DNA of 64,000 nt from Takakia lepidozioides (taxonomy: Eukaryota > Plantae > Bryophyta). The translations under genes were made by a program, and so were the position numbers. The notes beneath the pieces are model-generated. The model ran no database searches. It was not told the origin of the DNA and saw only the letters and a list, made by a program, of their open reading frames with translations. The stretch covers positions 45,570,001 through 45,634,000 of the forward strand of contig CM060733.1 of the NCBI GenBank assembly GCA_030704615.1, written 5' to 3'. Shown one piece after another: positions 62,101-64,000 of the stretch; the stretch's first letter is position 1; each line of letters starts with the position of its first letter.

Positions 62101-62897
62101 TTCTTGACATGGGGTCCTCCACATGTCCAGCACACCACATCCGCCCGTTGTTGGCCAGCAAATGAAGGGAGAGACCCCTGCATCTGAGGTCCTCTCTGCC
62201 CTTCCCTGAGCTTCACCTGAGCCCCCTTGTTGCCTTGAGCACGTTGAGGTAGTGGTTGGCTAGGAGCACCACTACCCCGTGGTGTCTCCTTAGCAAATCC
62301 CACCATGACCACTCGTTCCTCCACCATGTTGAGCTCTATCCGCTCTGCCAGCAAAAACACATTTGCTAAGGTGGGTTGGGCCGCTTGTAGGAGAGTTGCA
62401 TCCCGCACCCTTCTCCTCAGCTCCTTGTCCAATATCCCATACCAGAATTGGACTGCCTGAGCTTCCGTAACCCCTTGGGTTACATTTATCAAGCGCCTCA
62501 TGCGAGTGAAAGCCTCCCTCAAGCTCTCGGTCGGCTTCCGTTGGAACTCTTGCAAGCTCCGCAACTTCTCTGTCCTCACCCCTTGGTAGTTCCCTCTCAA
62601 CTCTTCGAAGAACTCCACAACAGGGTTGAAGGCAGGCACGGGTGCTAGTGCTGGTGCGGTAGTGGCTTGGGTGGACGTCGTAGCTACTGTACCACCAGTC
62701 CCACTGCTGCTTGCTGAAGCTGCCGGTGCAGCGGCAGGTGTAGCCACTGCCCTCGTGGCTCTAGTGCCCCTAGTGATGGAGACATAGTCGGGTGACCAGT
62801 ACATCCTCCACTCCTCGATCTCAACCTCATGCCCCCGCCTGAACTCATGGTAATCATCCATAGGCGGCCCCTCAAGGTGCTGAAACAGCCCTTCCAT
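59151..62897 (-). CDS. gag (two zinc knuckles), aspartic protease (LLDSGA) and C5 cytosine DNA methyltransferase
   Basis: CWTCGGPHVKKDC and CGHCGKHGHGEAQC; DSG at ~61040. DNMT motifs at ~59395-60335: LDLFGGISTG (I), YVERD (II), GWPCQG (IV), ENV (VI), HRPRLWWTNL (VIII), ERERAMGF (IX), RQVLGQAM (X). Confidence 0.95.
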   Translation of the reverse strand: MEGLFQHLEGPPMDDYHEFRRGHEVEIEEWRMYWSPDYVSITRGTRATRAVATPAAAPAASASSSGTGGTVATTSTQATTAPALAPVPAFNPVVEFFEELRGNYQGVRTEKLRSLQEFQRKPTESLREAFTRMRRLINVTQGVTEAQAVQFWYGILDKELRRRVRDATLLQAAQPTLANVFLLAERIELNMVEERVVMVGFAKETPRGSGAPSQPLPQRAQGNKGAQVKLREGQRGPQMQGSLPSFAGQQRADVVCWTCGGPHVKKDCPEGGKGPAHAQPAQLQCGHCGKHGHGEAQCYGLHPELRPGQFQGNNGGRGRGGAAQRGRGGQPRGAGQGQAQRGQGRGGQGVDQGMANRLQQLEQRLAAMATAQVVPALRPDGPPPAPEGGDMGGMGFMCGAALPLVQVESAAAVTRGAARVPEPRGAEVELDPQRGEASRQARLPQSFTLAETVSTPSMAPSSRPTVTEAEVTMPLGRATRVAPLPSVAKATAASVLLGAATSVCQAPLFSATMIATPGVRPAEVFRLAATLCESGEVTSSSAEIVGGVVPEGSSDLRVKTATAAPWQAAAARLMELPARPAIERAMVTPGVVMLDNQDGIFCLSGPAGKRYRPLRVLLDSGAQPLMLGRAAIAGLGLTEADMEPCPFQIQTSLGGSEQARGMTRRELAIRLRPDHPTDGSVMRAKAIVTDAVSYDVLVGGAVLYPMGFTLDFWEESASYRPAWQSGEGRRVQLPVTFIGGVAVAQRGKMPTLAAFTAAVSWPRELLEGNAHSEDVPPPGEQDDMYGMAELPTMVAQTPLWGTSKDLQRDADRRVQQAWVEAFVPSGEEESVGIAPGPPQLSPLDTTPIVWQYPDEGICLLDLFGGISTGLAAVLQAGVRVRRYLYVERDETARRVSLRHVAQLVQRYPELLSVSAIRGYQQALPADISLLGAQDLERVGSIDLVVAGWPCQGHSSAGHGNGLRDSRSGLFWEMVRVLRHLQLHQAVSPAYILENVPLMGDSRARVMASVHQVRSWLGSAVLLDAATVGSRAHRPRLWWTNLMPPALLKRAFDGVQRPAHLTVDNILDTGRQSQRVRHDDRSPLAVVNKVGQPRAALPTLLSFPGSHAFRDSGPGLLWDAQLQQLVEPNADERERAMGFTTGTTAVSSLSEASRRQVLGQAMDLNCLTWIISLALAEQRRVRNTLPSMVSLPTETVQAVSGGEHVRTTGCMHPWHTWEVLEVQRELAAKAAVMDEVGDSSRLRRSSRMR

Positions 62898-63253
62898 GCC
62901 ATGAAAGGCGTAAATAGTTGTGGATTGCGCATTTGCTGCAAATCACACCAACTATCAAACTCTTGGATAAAATCATCCAACTCGATGGTGCCCACCGCCC
63001 CAGAGTACCTTCGTGGCCCCTTGGTAGCTCCATACATCTCCTCCATTGTGTCCCACAACAATGGCAAAGAAACAACTTGCACCGCCGGTATGAGTCCTCC
63101 TGATTCACAATCCGAATCAGAACCTTCCGTAGAAGACACAGGAGGTGAAGGTGGCCTAAACCGCACACCTCGTCTCGTGTACCCACTAGTATCGCTAGTG
63201 CTCGAACCGGCACTGTCCCCAGCAACTAGTGGCACCTCCGTGTTGACACTCAA
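62890..63253 (-). CDS. gag: gag N-terminus, separated from the main ORF by a 1-nt frameshift
   Basis: ..LDDFIQEFDSWC..FMAWKG joins LFQHLEG.. if one G is restored near 62890. Confidence 0.75.
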
Positions 63254-64000
63254 CCGGTCATGAACATGTCCCTAACCCCCTCTCCACAAGGTAACCGGGT
63301 AGAGAACCTGTTGCGGCTTATGGTTTGGAATACTAAGTTCCTAACATAGCCTACACCTGTACCTGCATCCACCGCAAGCACTCCTATGGTTGGCTGGTCA
63401 TCACCTCCAACCTCACCACAGGAGAAACAATGATGGTCTGGCTGGTCATCACCCCAGCCTCACCATCGACAGCATGCTCTAGGACTGGCCGGTGATCAAA
63501 TCCGGACCAATCACCTATAAAAACAAGCGCCCACACAAAACTAGCATGGCGCACAGTCAAGCATGCAGGTATGGAGGGGATCCAAACACAAGAAATCAGA
63601 ACGACAACTCCCCCACACCAAAAACAACTCCACGGTGTTGCTCCTGCAAGGACACCCCAGCCCAAACCCGGACTGACTCTTGCCTCCACCTACGGAAAGG
63701 TCTTGGCCTAATGAGAGGGTGGAAACTACGAGGAAGAGAAGCTAAAGCAATGCCTAACCCCAGCATGCTCTCATCCCAACACTCTGCCTCTCCTCTCTTC
63801 CTCACTTGCATGACCATGGGAATATCATGAAGATACTCCTCAAACCGCCCTCCACGAGCTTCAAAATTCGGCCTTCCAGACCACATGCCAGTCCTTAGGC
63901 AGTCCACCAGTGCCTCCACGAGTCAGCACAGGCCGTCCACAGGTCAACACGGGCCACCACAGACCAGCACAGGCCCACACAGCTCACTGGTCACAGCCGT

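Larger units (their letters stand above)
54891..64000 (-). mobile_element. Ty3/gypsy LTR retrotransposon copy 2, gag-PR-DNMT-RT-RH-INT-PHD; 5' LTR beyond the window end
   Basis: Domain order PR-RT-RH-INT; PPT at 55688-55699; putative 3' LTR 54891-55687. Confidence 0.95.

Overview
Eukaryotic, transposon-dense plant genomic DNA with spliceosomal introns and a 500-N scaffold gap at 27334-27833. The PLS-DYW PPR genes and TE types suggest a non-seed land plant (inference). Two kinds of methyltransferase-carrying mobile element dominate. (1) A putative Mutator-like (MULE) DNA transposon family is present as 4 copies from 3 subfamilies (768-6556, 20027-23468, 27834-37771, ~50600-54400). The fullest copy has a DDE transposase divergent from a ~10-exon gene encoding NLS + ParB/Srx-like domain (DGNHR) + a C-terminal beta-class N4C/N6A DNA-methyltransferase-like domain. 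Each subfamily carries its own array of palindromic sites inside equivalent introns of that gene. This is reminiscent of ParB/parS or VANC/VANDAL self-recognition and is the best candidate for an undescribed system. (2) A Ty3/gypsy LTR retrotransposon is present as 2 near-identical copies (23585-27333 and 54891->64000). Its polyprotein has a DNMT3-like C5 cytosine methyltransferase between protease and RT, and a PHD finger after the integrase. Also present: a frameshifted PLS-PPR-E-DYW editing-factor gene that can be spliced in frame to upstream exons encoding an OSB-type PDF ssDNA-binding motif, a second PPR/PDF remnant, a truncated RLE-type non-LTR retrotransposon, a conserved small plant gene interrupted by a PPR fragment, MITE-like inverted repeats and LINE debris. 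All family calls come from motif recognition by eye; no searches were run.
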